This document shows, piece by piece, positions 18,297 through 28,285 of a stretch of 64,000 nucleotides of DNA; positions within the stretch are counted from its first letter, which is position 1, and each line of letters starts with the position of its first letter. A model generated the notes under the pieces. It was not told the origin of the DNA, did no database searches, and saw nothing but the letters and a program-made list of their open reading frames with translations. The DNA is from an uncultured Candidatus Saccharibacteria bacterium (GTDB lineage Bacteria > Patescibacteriota > Minisyncoccia > Phycocordibacterales > PALSA-1337): assembly GCA_964416985.1 (NCBI GenBank), contig CAYQFS010000002.1, positions 57,155 through 121,154 on the forward strand, read 5' to 3'. Made by a program: the position numbers and the translations under genes.

Positions 18297-18740
18297 TTAT
18301 GCTTTGGTAATATCGAGAGTAAACGATGCCTTCTTGTCCCCCACCTTTATGACTATCTCGTGCTTTCCAATTTCCTTTATAGGCTTTTCGAGGACAATGT
18401 GAGATTCGTCAACCTGAATTCGGGTCTGTTTTTGAATTTCAGGAATGAGCTCGGCTTTGTGAACTCCGGCAAAGAGGTGACCCTTATCATTTGCCTTTTC
18501 CTTCATAGTAATCGTTGCACCATCGAGTTCTTTAAGATTTTTCATGAGAAGCTCGTGATGGAGCTTCTTTTCCCCTTCATCCTTCAGGATCTCTAGTCCA
18601 ATGCGTTTTACGGCATCAGAAGTTGCGGCAATGGCTAGTCCCTTTGGAATAAGGAGGTTTAGAGCATATCCCTCAGCTACATCCTTTGTTTCATACTTTC
18701 TTCCAACCTTGGCTACATCTTTAAGCATTATTATTTTCAT
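18297..18740 (-). CDS. rplI: 50S ribosomal protein L9
   Basis: MKIIMLKDVAKVGRKYETKDVAEGYALNLLIPKGLA matches the L9 N-domain. Confidence 0.85.
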   Translation of the reverse strand: MKIIMLKDVAKVGRKYETKDVAEGYALNLLIPKGLAIAATSDAVKRIGLEILKDEGEKKLHHELLMKNLKELDGATITMKEKANDKGHLFAGVHKAELIPEIQKQTRIQVDESHIVLEKPIKEIGKHEIVIKVGDKKASFTLDITKA

Positions 18741-18750
18741 AGTAGGTATA

Positions 18751-20019
18751 TTACGGTTCTTTTCTCAAAATTTCAACTGCCTTATTCATTTGAGGGTCAA
18801 TTTTTGAATCGAGATCCTTTTGGGTAATTTTGACCTCAACATCCGGAACAAGTCCGTCATGGGAGAGGTTGTGGCCATTTGGGGTGAGCCATCGAGCTAT
18901 AGTGACCTTGAGAGATGTCTCGTCGGTAATCGGCACAAGCTCCTGAACAGATCCCTTTCCAAATGTCTTTGTTCCTATAAGTCGTGCCCTACCGTGTTCC
19001 TGAAGAGCTCCTGCAAAAATCTCTGAAGCCGAAGCCGATCCCCCATCAACAAGGATAATGAACTTGTAGCTATTGTTAAATATGTTGTAGCCCTTGCTTC
19101 GATAGACTTGATTTGTCTGTTTTCCTCCAAAATCCTCCGTCACCACCACATCCCCTACGGGAAGGAACCAGCTTGCCATATCCCAAGCTGCATCAAGGTA
19201 TCCTCCAGGATTTCCTCGAAGATCGATGATGAGCTTGTGTGATCCTGACTGGATAAAATCTCGGAGAGCCTGGCGGAAGAGATTTGAAGCCTGGGCAGTG
19301 AAGCTAAAGAGTCTTACCACAAAGATGCCATCTTCTCTGAGCCCAGACCCACCTGAGGCTGTTGTTGATGCACTACTATTTCCAGATTTAATTTCGGTCT
19401 GAATTGTTGGAATATCGATAACATCCCGGACAATATTTTTTTCAAGTTGCTCGCTTGTACCCTCGCGAACAAAAATAATTTTGACTGTAGTGCCCTTTGG
19501 TCCTCTAATAAGTTTTACGGCTTTATCGACAGGAAGATCGAGGGTGCTTTCTCCATTTATTTTTATAATTTTGTCGCCAGCTCTGACACCTGCTTTTTCT
19601 GCCGGACTTCCCTTGAGAGGAGAAACGACGGTCATGACACCATCCTTGAGACCAATTTCCATTCCAACTCCTTCAAAATTCCCTGCGATATCACTCTTGA
19701 AGAGCTGATTTTCTTCCGGAGGAAAGAAAACAGTGTATGGATCACCCTGTGAACCTGCAAGCCCCTTTATTGCCCCCCAAATTCTCTCCTGAGAATCGGT
19801 CGTCGTAGCTGCAACGTACTTTTGGCTCAAAACCTGCCAGACTCTCCAAAAAGGTTCAAATTGTTCATCAGTAAGATTTATTCCATTTGGAATAGTGACC
19901 TCACCGTGGGCTGTTAGCGCGCTCCGTTGTCCAAGATAATTCCCCACAAAAAACACCACGAGGATACCGATGATCCCGAGGGTTGTACGAACGAGATTTC
20001 TCTGTTGGTTTGTATTCAT
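18751..20019 (-). CDS. ctpA: Carboxy-terminal processing protease (S41 family, PDZ domain) with N-terminal TM anchor
   Basis: PDZ region, then the catalytic block IIDLRGNPGGYLDAA and downstream FAGALQEHGRARLIGTKTFGKGSVQ typical of S41 peptidases. Confidence 0.85.
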   Translation of the reverse strand: MNTNQQRNLVRTTLGIIGILVVFFVGNYLGQRSALTAHGEVTIPNGINLTDEQFEPFWRVWQVLSQKYVAATTTDSQERIWGAIKGLAGSQGDPYTVFFPPEENQLFKSDIAGNFEGVGMEIGLKDGVMTVVSPLKGSPAEKAGVRAGDKIIKINGESTLDLPVDKAVKLIRGPKGTTVKIIFVREGTSEQLEKNIVRDVIDIPTIQTEIKSGNSSASTTASGGSGLREDGIFVVRLFSFTAQASNLFRQALRDFIQSGSHKLIIDLRGNPGGYLDAAWDMASWFLPVGDVVVTEDFGGKQTNQVYRSKGYNIFNNSYKFIILVDGGSASASEIFAGALQEHGRARLIGTKTFGKGSVQELVPITDETSLKVTIARWLTPNGHNLSHDGLVPDVEVKITQKDLDSKIDPQMNKAVEILRKEP

Positions 20020-20049
20020 ATATGCGAAGTAGTAAAGGTATTATATACT

Positions 20050-21438
20050 ATGGGAATGCTTATATACAACACCCTTTCCGGCGCTAAAGAGGAATTTAAG
20101 CCTCAGAAAGAAGGTCAGGTAGGAATATACAATTGCGGGCCAACTGTCTACGATACAGTTCATATTGGAAACCTAAGAACATTTACAATGTATGACATTG
20201 TTCGAAGAGTTTTTGAATATGAGGGGTATCACGTCACCCAAGTCATGAATATTACAGATGTTGATGACAAAACAATCAAGAGAAGTCGTACTGAGAATGT
20301 TCCCCTTGAAAAGGTTACGAGAAAATACGAGGAGCTTTTTCTTTCTGATATTACCGCCCTAAATATACGGACACCTCACCGTCTTCTGCGTGCAAGCGAG
20401 TATGTGAAGGACATGATTGAGATGATTTCTAATCTTCTTGAAAAAGGGATTGCCTATCCCACAAAGGATGGTGTCTATTTTAGCATTGGAATGTTCAAGT
20501 CATACGGCGAACTTGCACACATCAAACTCGATGCTGATGTCCGAGAGAGAATTTCAAATGATGAATATGAGAAAGAAAATCCTCGCGATTTTGCTCTCTG
20601 GAAATTTTGGAATGAAGATGATGGAGAGGTCGTATGGGATGCTCCATTTGGAAAAGGCCGGCCGGGCTGGTCTATTGAATGTTCTGCAATGGCCACTCGG
20701 GCCCTCGGATCAACAATCGATATTCATACTGGTGGAATTGACCTTGTCTTTCCTCATCACACAAATGAAATTGCTCAGTCAGAGGCCGCTACTGGAGAGC
20801 ATTTTGTAAATTACTGGGTACACGGTGCCTTCATGAATGTGAATGACGACAAAATGGCAAAATCGAAAGGCAATTTCCTCAAACTCTCCGATCTCGTAGA
20901 AGCAGGTATTTCCCCTCTTGCTTTCAGATACTGGCTCCTTACCTCACACTATCGCTCTCCTGTAAACTTCACCCTTGAAGCGGTAAAAGCTGCTCAGACG
21001 GCCTTTGTGCGGCTTTTGGAGGCATTCATTGACCTTTCAAATGCTACTCCTTCTGTCCTCGACCATACCCATGATCATGGCGAACATACCGATATAAATT
21101 ATGCTGTTGAGTTTGAAAAAATAATTACCGATGACTTCAATATGCCGGAAGCCATTGCCCTCGTCTGGAAAATGATACGCGATCCGCACGAAAATCCCCA
21201 GGAGAAAATGGAAATGCTTCTTGATTTTGATGAAGTGCTTGGATTCGGTTTTTCAAAAGTTCTCGACATGACAAAAAGCCAGTCGATTCCTCCCGAAGTC
21301 ACAGCTCTTGCCGAAACTCGAGAGGAGGCGCGTTCAGCTCAGGAGTGGGACAAGGCCGATGCCCTCCGAAAAGAAATCGAGGCGAGAGGATATATCGTCA
21401 AGGATACTGATGAAGGGTTTGTGCTGAGGAAGAAGTAG
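20050..21438 (+). CDS. cysS: Cysteinyl-tRNA synthetase
   Basis: CGPTVYDTVHIGNLRTF (HIGH) and KMAKSKGN (KMSKS). Start is the internal Met. TATTAT/TATACT sits immediately upstream of the ATG. Confidence 0.9.
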   Translation: MGMLIYNTLSGAKEEFKPQKEGQVGIYNCGPTVYDTVHIGNLRTFTMYDIVRRVFEYEGYHVTQVMNITDVDDKTIKRSRTENVPLEKVTRKYEELFLSDITALNIRTPHRLLRASEYVKDMIEMISNLLEKGIAYPTKDGVYFSIGMFKSYGELAHIKLDADVRERISNDEYEKENPRDFALWKFWNEDDGEVVWDAPFGKGRPGWSIECSAMATRALGSTIDIHTGGIDLVFPHHTNEIAQSEAATGEHFVNYWVHGAFMNVNDDKMAKSKGNFLKLSDLVEAGISPLAFRYWLLTSHYRSPVNFTLEAVKAAQTAFVRLLEAFIDLSNATPSVLDHTHDHGEHTDINYAVEFEKIITDDFNMPEAIALVWKMIRDPHENPQEKMEMLLDFDEVLGFGFSKVLDMTKSQSIPPEVTALAETREEARSAQEWDKADALRKEIEARGYIVKDTDEGFVLRKK

Positions 21439-22164
21439 CTACTCAAGCTTGCCGAGAAAGACTTTTTCTAGAATTCCCGTCCCAATGAGGTGATTCGGCT
21501 CTCCATGAGCGACAACTTTACCCTTTGCAAGTATATACGCACGATTTGTTATCTCGAGAAGCGATTTGAGATTGTGTTCGACAACAACAATCGACATCTT
21601 TCGTCTATCATTTATTTCCTTTATTTTTGCAAATACCTCTTTGACAATTTTTGGAGCAAGGCCGAGTGATGGCTCGTCAAGAAGGAGGACTTTTGGATCC
21701 GTCATGAGGCCGCGGGCAATGGCAAGCATCTGTGCCTGCCCTCCGGAGAGTGTTCCTGATTTTGCCCTGAGCTTGGCCTTGAGTGCCGGGAAAAGTTCGA
21801 GTACATTTGCTATCCTTTCTTTTCTTTCTGAATTGCTCCGTATCATCCATCCTCCGATCTCAAGATTTTCTTGTACGGTAAGATGCCTGAAAACCCTTCT
21901 TCCTTGCGGCACAAAAGAAATTCCTCGATGGACAACTTCGTGCGATATTGGCTTTATCACCTGATTTTCCCAGAGCACCTTTCCTGATTCAATAGGCGCA
22001 AGGCCAAAAATTGCCTTGAGAATAGTCGACTTCCCTGCCCCATTTGGTCCCATGAGAGCAACCACTTCTCCCTCATCGATCGAGACAGAAGCACCATCAA
22101 GAGCCTTCACGCCGCCGTAGTGGACGTGAATGTCCTTGAGCTCAAGAAGAAGTTCCTTTTTCAT
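21439..22164 (-). CDS. livF: ABC transporter ATP-binding protein, LivF-like
   Basis: Walker A GPNGAGKST, signature LSGGQAQMLAIARGLM, and Walker B LLLDEPSLGLAP. Short LivF-type architecture. Confidence 0.85.
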   Translation of the reverse strand: MKKELLLELKDIHVHYGGVKALDGASVSIDEGEVVALMGPNGAGKSTILKAIFGLAPIESGKVLWENQVIKPISHEVVHRGISFVPQGRRVFRHLTVQENLEIGGWMIRSNSERKERIANVLELFPALKAKLRAKSGTLSGGQAQMLAIARGLMTDPKVLLLDEPSLGLAPKIVKEVFAKIKEINDRRKMSIVVVEHNLKSLLEITNRAYILAKGKVVAHGEPNHLIGTGILEKVFLGKLE

Positions 22165-22210
22165 AGTTATGGGATAATTATGGCACTAATGAGAGGTTGT
22201 TGCAAAATAT

Positions 22211-22537
22211 TTGGGTATTGATAGGATTATCAGAGCACTGGAGATCTGTACTATGAAACCAACACCCGAACAACAGATACGGGCTGGTGAAGAAATAGAA
22301 CTTGTAACCGTAAGTCCTTTCAAGGATAGAGTCGAGGGACTCATTCAAAAGTTACGAGAAATGAATCTCGGAATCGGTCAATCCGTACAGTTCCTTGGCA
22401 CATCTAAAGGCGACCAACTGATAGTCTACATTCCAGCTGGTCTACAAGCTGTGCAGAGCGAGGAATTGCTTACTGCTCTCATTGCTAGTCAGTTGGAATT
22501 TCGAGAATTCATTGGAACCCAAACCCGTCGAACATAA
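22211..22537 (+). CDS. Hypothetical protein (108 aa; alternative start at 22253)
   Basis: Intact ORF inserted between livF and livG on the opposite strand. No recognisable domain. A weak hairpin terminator follows. Confidence 0.4.
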   Translation: MGIDRIIRALEICTMKPTPEQQIRAGEEIELVTVSPFKDRVEGLIQKLREMNLGIGQSVQFLGTSKGDQLIVYIPAGLQAVQSEELLTALIASQLEFREFIGTQTRRT

Positions 22538-22582
22538 TCGCGCCCTCGAGGAAATCTCTTTTCCCAGGGCGTGGTTTTTATT

Positions 22583-22912
22583 TTACATCGCCCTCCCGCA
22601 TTCTTTGCAAAAGATGTTTTTCTTCTTACTTTCTATTGATGTAATGAGATTCTCGGCAAGTGCTTCTTTTCTTTTGATGTCTGCGAGCAAATGATGGGGG
22701 TTGGAAATAACATAGAAGTTTTTTCCATTTTTCTGACTGACAGAGATGAGATTGTGCTTGAGGAGAGTTTCGAGAGAGTTGTAAACAATCTGGCGATGTT
22801 TTTTTGTTTCCTTTACCAAGGGAGCAACAAAGCAAGGACCAACTTCAACGAGAGCTGTGTAGACGGCAGCGTCGTTTTGAGTAAGGCCGAGTTGGACTAG
22901 AGTGTCAATCAT
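22583..22912 (-). CDS. Small winged-HTH regulator resembling the TrmB/MarR N-terminal domain
   Basis: LVQLGLTQNDAAVYTALVEVGPCFVAPLVKETKKHRQIVYNSLETLLKHNLIS is a TrmB-like HTH. Inserted between livF and livG. Confidence 0.5.
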   Translation of the reverse strand: MIDTLVQLGLTQNDAAVYTALVEVGPCFVAPLVKETKKHRQIVYNSLETLLKHNLISVSQKNGKNFYVISNPHHLLADIKRKEALAENLITSIESKKKNIFCKECGRAM

Positions 22913-22936
22913 GGTGTGACACTATTATAGCAGAGA

Positions 22937-23689
22937 TTACTCCCCCAAATAAGCCTCCACCACATCCTTCCTCGCAAGTACCTCCTCTGGCCTCCCTTCC
23001 GCCAAAAGCTGCCCTGCATCGAGCACATAGAGATGATCTGAGAGTTCACGAATGAGATCCATATTGTGCTCAACAAGAATGACAGCTTTGCCACTCGTCC
23101 GAAGTTCCTTTAGGACAGAAACGACGACTTTGATCATTTCAGGAAAGAGTCCGGCAAACGGCTCATCAAAAAATACAATGCCAATGTCCCCTGCTCCGCT
23201 GTGAGTCATGGCAAGAACTCGGGCAATCTCAAGAAGTTTTCTCTGACCATAGGATAGATTCTTTGCAAGCTCATTTCTCTTTTCCCAAAGACCGACTTTT
23301 TTCAAAACTTCCTCGGCTTTTTCGAGATGAAAGGCACCGTGCCGTTCAAAGAGAGATTTCCAGATGCTTCGTTCGGTGAGTACTACGAGAATATTGTCGA
23401 GAACTGGCATCTGTTCAAAGAGCTTCACATCTTGGAAGGTACGGGTCATTCCATAGAAAGGAATTTCGTGCGACCTGATTTTTGAGAGACGAGTTGAGTC
23501 AAGGACGATCATCTCGCCAGTATCGATGCTGTGAATACCAGTCAAAGTATTGATGAGGGTTGATTTGCCGGAGCCATTCGGGCCGACGATAGAAGTGATC
23601 TTCCCTGCTTCAAAAGAAATGGAAAGTTTGTTGACAGCAGTAATTCCGTCAAAGTGTTTCGAGAGGTCTTTTGTGGAGAGGAGGGGCAT
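22937..23689 (-). CDS. livG: ABC transporter ATP-binding protein, LivG-like
   Basis: Walker A GPNGSGKST and the LivG-type insertion. TGTATACT lies 6 nt upstream of the chosen ATG. Confidence 0.85.
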   Translation of the reverse strand: MPLLSTKDLSKHFDGITAVNKLSISFEAGKITSIVGPNGSGKSTLINTLTGIHSIDTGEMIVLDSTRLSKIRSHEIPFYGMTRTFQDVKLFEQMPVLDNILVVLTERSIWKSLFERHGAFHLEKAEEVLKKVGLWEKRNELAKNLSYGQRKLLEIARVLAMTHSGAGDIGIVFFDEPFAGLFPEMIKVVVSVLKELRTSGKAVILVEHNMDLIRELSDHLYVLDAGQLLAEGRPEEVLARKDVVEAYLGE

Positions 23690-23925
23690 GAGAAAAGTAT
23701 ACACTTTTTGAGTAGTGGTTGCTACTTGAGTTTTTTGGTCTCTAGGAGTAGGTGTTTGTCGGCGACGTCGGTTTCTCTTTCTTTCCCGTCCTCAGCAGTC
23801 ATTTTCAACTGTCCGATTTTTGCGGAATAAGATAAGTCTAGCGGGGTACATAGTGATGTAAAGGGCAAAAACAGCCAAAAAGCGATGAAAATTTGATTTC
23901 GTCTTTATTTCGTGGGGATAACTAT

Positions 23926-25032
23926 CTATATTTCCACTGCCTTACTTCCCTTTATCTCCTTCATCATAATCGCAGATTTGTCTGCTACCACTCCCCCAAT
24001 TCCATCAAAGGTGACTTTTCCGTATGTAATCGTATCGAATGAAACTGACTTCATATAATCTGAGATATCTTGTGGATTATCCTGAAGATACTTGGCTATC
24101 ACATATACAGTATCATACGTGGTCCCGGCGCTAAACATCGGTTCATGTCCAAACTGAGCCATGAATTTTTCAGAAAATGCTTCATTGGGAGTCGCTGGGA
24201 CATAATACTTGATTCCTTCAAGCCAAGAGGTGTTGAAATTATTGTCGGTGAGATCTTGTTCAATAAATTCATCGCCATAAAATGCGATTTTCTTTCCAGA
24301 AATCTCCCGATATTTTTTGATAAAACCAAAACTCAATTTCGGATCATATGAACCAAAGAATATAGCGTCAGGTTTTTCTTCATTAATCTTAGCAATAACT
24401 GTTCTACCGTCGTTATCCGGATTTATAAGCTCCTGTCCAACAATCTGTATTCCCTGTCTCTCTGCTTCATTAACCAAAAACTCTTTAAGTTTTGAATAGT
24501 ACGAATCGTTCTGCAAAACAATGTAGAGTTTTTTAACCTCAGCTTTTTTCATTGCATCCACTGTAACCAGAGCTTTAGCCTCTGTGCGGTACCAAAGTGA
24601 AAAAACATTTTGATGATTCACGGGAGTATTAACTGACTCAATTGCTGCATCCTGAGAAATAAGGAGTATATTTTGAGGGATGATACTCTCTGACCCTTGA
24701 TATGAATCGAGCCAGGTAACCATGACAGCTTTTACGCTATCAACATTAATAAGCTTCGAGACTGCAGTGACAGAATCTTTTGAAGAACTTTTCATATCTT
24801 CAACAACAAGTTCAAAGTTCTTTCCCTGAATTCCTCCTTTTGAATTAATTTCATTGACAGCCATTTGAGCTGCCTTGAAAGATTCTTCACCCCAGGGAGC
24901 TGCGTCACCAGTAAGGGCAAGAGCAGCGCCAATCTTAATCGTCTCCTGCAGCTTTTCCTTAGTCTTATGAGAAACGACAATGAGTACTAGGACAATCAAC
25001 GCCACTACTCCCCATATTATTTTTTTATTCAT
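23926..25032 (-). CDS. ABC substrate-binding protein, type I periplasmic-binding fold (Leu/Ile/Val-binding family), N-terminal TM anchor
   Basis: The anchor MNKKIIWGVVALIVLVLIVV is followed by IKIGAALALTGDAAPWGEESFKAAQMAVNEINSKGGIQGKNFELVVEDMKSS, typical of LivK/LivJ-like proteins. Confidence 0.8.
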   Translation of the reverse strand: MNKKIIWGVVALIVLVLIVVSHKTKEKLQETIKIGAALALTGDAAPWGEESFKAAQMAVNEINSKGGIQGKNFELVVEDMKSSSKDSVTAVSKLINVDSVKAVMVTWLDSYQGSESIIPQNILLISQDAAIESVNTPVNHQNVFSLWYRTEAKALVTVDAMKKAEVKKLYIVLQNDSYYSKLKEFLVNEAERQGIQIVGQELINPDNDGRTVIAKINEEKPDAIFFGSYDPKLSFGFIKKYREISGKKIAFYGDEFIEQDLTDNNFNTSWLEGIKYYVPATPNEAFSEKFMAQFGHEPMFSAGTTYDTVYVIAKYLQDNPQDISDYMKSVSFDTITYGKVTFDGIGGVVADKSAIMMKEIKGSKAVEI

Positions 25033-25036
25033 AGTA

Positions 25037-26155
25037 TTATTTCAATTTTATTGGTATAGCTGTCTTTCCGTCAAATGTCATGAGAATCACTTCTGCCCCG
25101 CTTCGATCTCGGTCTTCATTTAATATGATTCTCCCTGAAACCCCGTCCCGTGAATCAAATGATTGTAAAACTTTTTCTACTTCTGTTGTTCCTGCCTTCC
25201 TTAAGGCATCTGCTACCATATATACTGCATCATATGTTGTATCAGCTGAGACTCCTGGAGCTATTCCATATTCTTTTGTAAAAGAATCTACAAATTCCTG
25301 CCGTGGAGGTGCATACGTAGCGTAGATAACGTCTTTAATGTACTCAGGCGCAAGCTGCGCTGGAAGACCAAATGTTACCACATCTGTAGGAAAGAGAAGT
25401 GGGACATTGAGGCCTAATTCTCGTGATTGCTTTACAAAACGCTCAAGAGGTCCTGGTGCCATAACAAAGAAAACCGCTTCGCTTGCTTCTTTCTTCATTT
25501 TTGCAATGTGTGTTTTAAAATCAGATGTATCATAAATTACAGTGACTGTTTCAGTTGTAATAATCCCCGCCTTTTGTGCGTATTCATTGAAAGCTGCAGT
25601 AAGAGAACTTTCATAAGGCCCTATTGTACTTATACTTGCTGCCTTTTTAATCCCCTTTCTTTGAAGATCTTGAACAAGAGCTTCTACTGCTATTCCATCT
25701 GAAGGCCATGTACGTAAAAGATACTGACTTTTCTTAGTAAAACCAGGAGCTCCTGCAGCAACAGTTATGGTAATCAGTTTGTTTTGATTGATTATCGGAA
25801 TAATGGGTTCTGTTTCTGATGTCCACCCCGTCAAAAGAAAAGAAACTTTATCAAAGGAAATGAGCTTACTCACTGCTGAAACAGAACTTTTCGGCTCAGT
25901 CTTATTATCCTCAGCAACCAGTTTAAGTTGAGTTCCAAGAACACCTCCAGCGGCATTAATTTCTTTTATCGCTAGTTGTGCACCCTTAAGCTGATTTTCA
26001 CCCCACGAAGCTCCAGAACCTGTGAGAGCAAAATTTCCTCCGATTACTATTGGTTCAGAGGAAGTGAGAGTGGTAGACTTCCTTGTCACACCCCAAATGA
26101 CAATGAATGTTATAACTAACGCCACTACTCCCCATATTATTTTTTTCATATCCAT
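25037..26155 (-). CDS. ABC substrate-binding protein, LivK-family paralog 2, TM-anchored
   Basis: IVIGGNFALTGSGASWGENQLKGAQLAIKEINAAGGVLGTQLKLVAEDNK. Its architecture parallels the neighbouring SBP. Confidence 0.8.
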   Translation of the reverse strand: MDMKKIIWGVVALVITFIVIWGVTRKSTTLTSSEPIVIGGNFALTGSGASWGENQLKGAQLAIKEINAAGGVLGTQLKLVAEDNKTEPKSSVSAVSKLISFDKVSFLLTGWTSETEPIIPIINQNKLITITVAAGAPGFTKKSQYLLRTWPSDGIAVEALVQDLQRKGIKKAASISTIGPYESSLTAAFNEYAQKAGIITTETVTVIYDTSDFKTHIAKMKKEASEAVFFVMAPGPLERFVKQSRELGLNVPLLFPTDVVTFGLPAQLAPEYIKDVIYATYAPPRQEFVDSFTKEYGIAPGVSADTTYDAVYMVADALRKAGTTEVEKVLQSFDSRDGVSGRIILNEDRDRSGAEVILMTFDGKTAIPIKLK

Positions 26156-26191
26156 ATTCTACCCTTCCATCCTGAACTTGCAACCCCTCGA

Positions 26192-27058
26192 TTACAACCT
26201 ATACTCCCCCACAAGCCCCTGCGGACGGTAAAGCATCAGCAGTATGAGAATGAGACCGTAGACCACTTGACGCATTTGGGCAGCGATATCTGATGGAAAC
26301 CCGACAAAACGAAGGATCTCAGGTAAGAGAATGAGGCACACAGCACCAAGAACTGCCCCTTTGTTGTTCGAAAGACCACCAAGAATGATGATGGCGAGGA
26401 TGAAGATTGACTCGGTCAAGGTAAAGGTCGAAGGATCGATGAAAGTGATGTAGCTTGCAAAAAGAGCACCTGCGACAGAAGCAAGAACTGCAGCAATGAC
26501 AAAGATTGCGAGCTTGTACCAGAGCGTATTGTAGCCAAAAATCTGGATGGCTTGCTCGTCTTCACGAATAGCCTTGAGCACTCTTCCAAAAGAAGACTGG
26601 GTAATGTAGGTGCATACTCCGAAGATCACGAGGCCAATAACGAGAGAAAGAATGAGGAAGGAGAGGTTGTCAGAAAAAGTAAAACCAAAAAGAGATGGGC
26701 GAGAAATACCGGGAATTCCCAAGGGGCCTCGGGTAAGAGATTGCCAGTTCAGGAAAATGCTGTAGATAATGATGTTAAATCCAAAGGAACCGAGAGCGTA
26801 GTAGTCGTCTTTAAATTTAGACAAAACATATCCAATAGCAAGACTCAAAGTAGCGGTGATGACCATCCCGATAATGACAGCGAGAAAAAAATTCATTCCA
26901 ACTGTTGTAAGAAGAATGGCAGTAACATAGGCGCCGATTCCGTAGAAGGCTGCCTGGGTGACCGAGAGAAGACCGGTGTACCCGACAACAAGATTTAATG
27001 AAAGGCCAAGGATGCCGTAGATACAGATGAGAATGGCGATGTGGATGAGGTATTCCAT
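26192..27058 (-). CDS. livM: ABC transporter permease, LivM-like
   Basis: Polytopic membrane protein with LivM-type segments (GYTGLLSVTQAAFYGIGAY). Confidence 0.8.
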   Translation of the reverse strand: MEYLIHIAILICIYGILGLSLNLVVGYTGLLSVTQAAFYGIGAYVTAILLTTVGMNFFLAVIIGMVITATLSLAIGYVLSKFKDDYYALGSFGFNIIIYSIFLNWQSLTRGPLGIPGISRPSLFGFTFSDNLSFLILSLVIGLVIFGVCTYITQSSFGRVLKAIREDEQAIQIFGYNTLWYKLAIFVIAAVLASVAGALFASYITFIDPSTFTLTESIFILAIIILGGLSNNKGAVLGAVCLILLPEILRFVGFPSDIAAQMRQVVYGLILILLMLYRPQGLVGEYRL

Positions 27059-27075
27059 GACCTCATAATTCTACA

Positions 27076-28200
27076 CTATTTTTGAGTATAAGGAATCTGC
27101 ACACTATTTTTAATTACATTTACAACGACAGGTATACTTTCTACAGCGTGGCCACTTGTATATTTAATCGTACTGTTTGGAGTAGTAAATTGATTCTTTT
27201 CGATATATGAAGCAACGTCAGCAGAGTTGGTCGAATGAACAATCGCCTGCGCGAGCACATAGACTGCATCAAATGTCTTATCAGCAGCTTTTGTCGGCTC
27301 AGTATTGTATGTGGTTTTATATAGAGAAGCAAAAGCTGGGCTCGGAATTTCCCAATTGAGAACCACTACACCTTCAAGAAGACTCTTGTCCTTTTCATTT
27401 GCAAAGGCATCAGTAATCCCGTTGTAGCTAATGATTGTTGGTTTGAAACCCAATTGTTTTGACTGGACAAGGAAATTTAATGGATCATCCCCTACCATGT
27501 CGAGAAATACCGCATCAACTTTTTGCGATTTGAGCTTGACAATCATCGTACGAAAATCATTTCCACCAATCTGAGTATACTCTTCATCAACAATGCCCGA
27601 CTGACCATTTTCCTTTACAACAGCATCGAGAGTTTTTGCAATTTCTTTTCCATATCCTGACTGGAAATGCACAACTGCAAGTTTATTTGGCTTTGCAACA
27701 GATAGATAGCTTTTAAGTTCACGAAGTACCTTACTAAATTCGGGATACATGCTGAATGTCTGCTCATTTGGCTCAAAAGCTCCAGGGATTCTGAATACTT
27801 CGGGAGTAATGAGAACAATTTTATTTGAGAGTGCGAGAGGAAGAAGTGGTTGGCTGGTAAAATCAAAAATACTTCCAATAACTCCCTGAACCTTGTCAAC
27901 ACTTACTAGTTTATTGTAGGCAGAGACAGAATCTTTGGCATCTGTATGATCATCCTCAAAAATAACCTGAACTTCCCTGCCCTCAATTCCTCCATTGCTA
28001 TTTATCGTCTTTACAGCGAGATCAATACCATTCTTTGCGTATTCTCCCCACGGCGCAGCAAAGCCTGTAAGAGAAACAACCGCCCCAATTTTAATAGGTT
28101 CTTTGTCAGAAATAGCCTGCTGATTAGTCTTTTTGCCAACGCCCCAAATACCGAGACCAATAATAATAACTACTACGACTGCAATGATTATTTTTTTCAT
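27076..28200 (-). CDS. ABC substrate-binding protein, LivK-family paralog 3, TM-anchored
   Basis: The start chosen is the internal Met MKKIIIAVVVVIIIGLGIWGV. The upstream extension of the supplied ORF lacks coding character. IKIGAVVSLTGFAAPWGEYAKNGIDLAVKTINSNGGIEGREVQVIFEDD. Confidence 0.75.
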   Translation of the reverse strand: MKKIIIAVVVVIIIGLGIWGVGKKTNQQAISDKEPIKIGAVVSLTGFAAPWGEYAKNGIDLAVKTINSNGGIEGREVQVIFEDDHTDAKDSVSAYNKLVSVDKVQGVIGSIFDFTSQPLLPLALSNKIVLITPEVFRIPGAFEPNEQTFSMYPEFSKVLRELKSYLSVAKPNKLAVVHFQSGYGKEIAKTLDAVVKENGQSGIVDEEYTQIGGNDFRTMIVKLKSQKVDAVFLDMVGDDPLNFLVQSKQLGFKPTIISYNGITDAFANEKDKSLLEGVVVLNWEIPSPAFASLYKTTYNTEPTKAADKTFDAVYVLAQAIVHSTNSADVASYIEKNQFTTPNSTIKYTSGHAVESIPVVVNVIKNSVQIPYTQK

Positions 28201-28221
28201 ATTGCACAAAGTATAGCGTAC

Positions 28222-28230
28222 TGGTATAAT
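28222..28230 (+). promoter_or_regulatory. Extended -10 element TGGTATAAT upstream of the TrmB-family regulator gene
   Basis: Consensus TATAAT with an upstream TG, about 55 nt before the ATG at 28286. It lies in an 85-bp divergent region shared with the SBP3 start. Confidence 0.4.
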
Positions 28231-28285
28231 TTGTCCATAGTTCGGCGAAAAGCGAATAATTAAGATACACAAGCTTATTTCATCT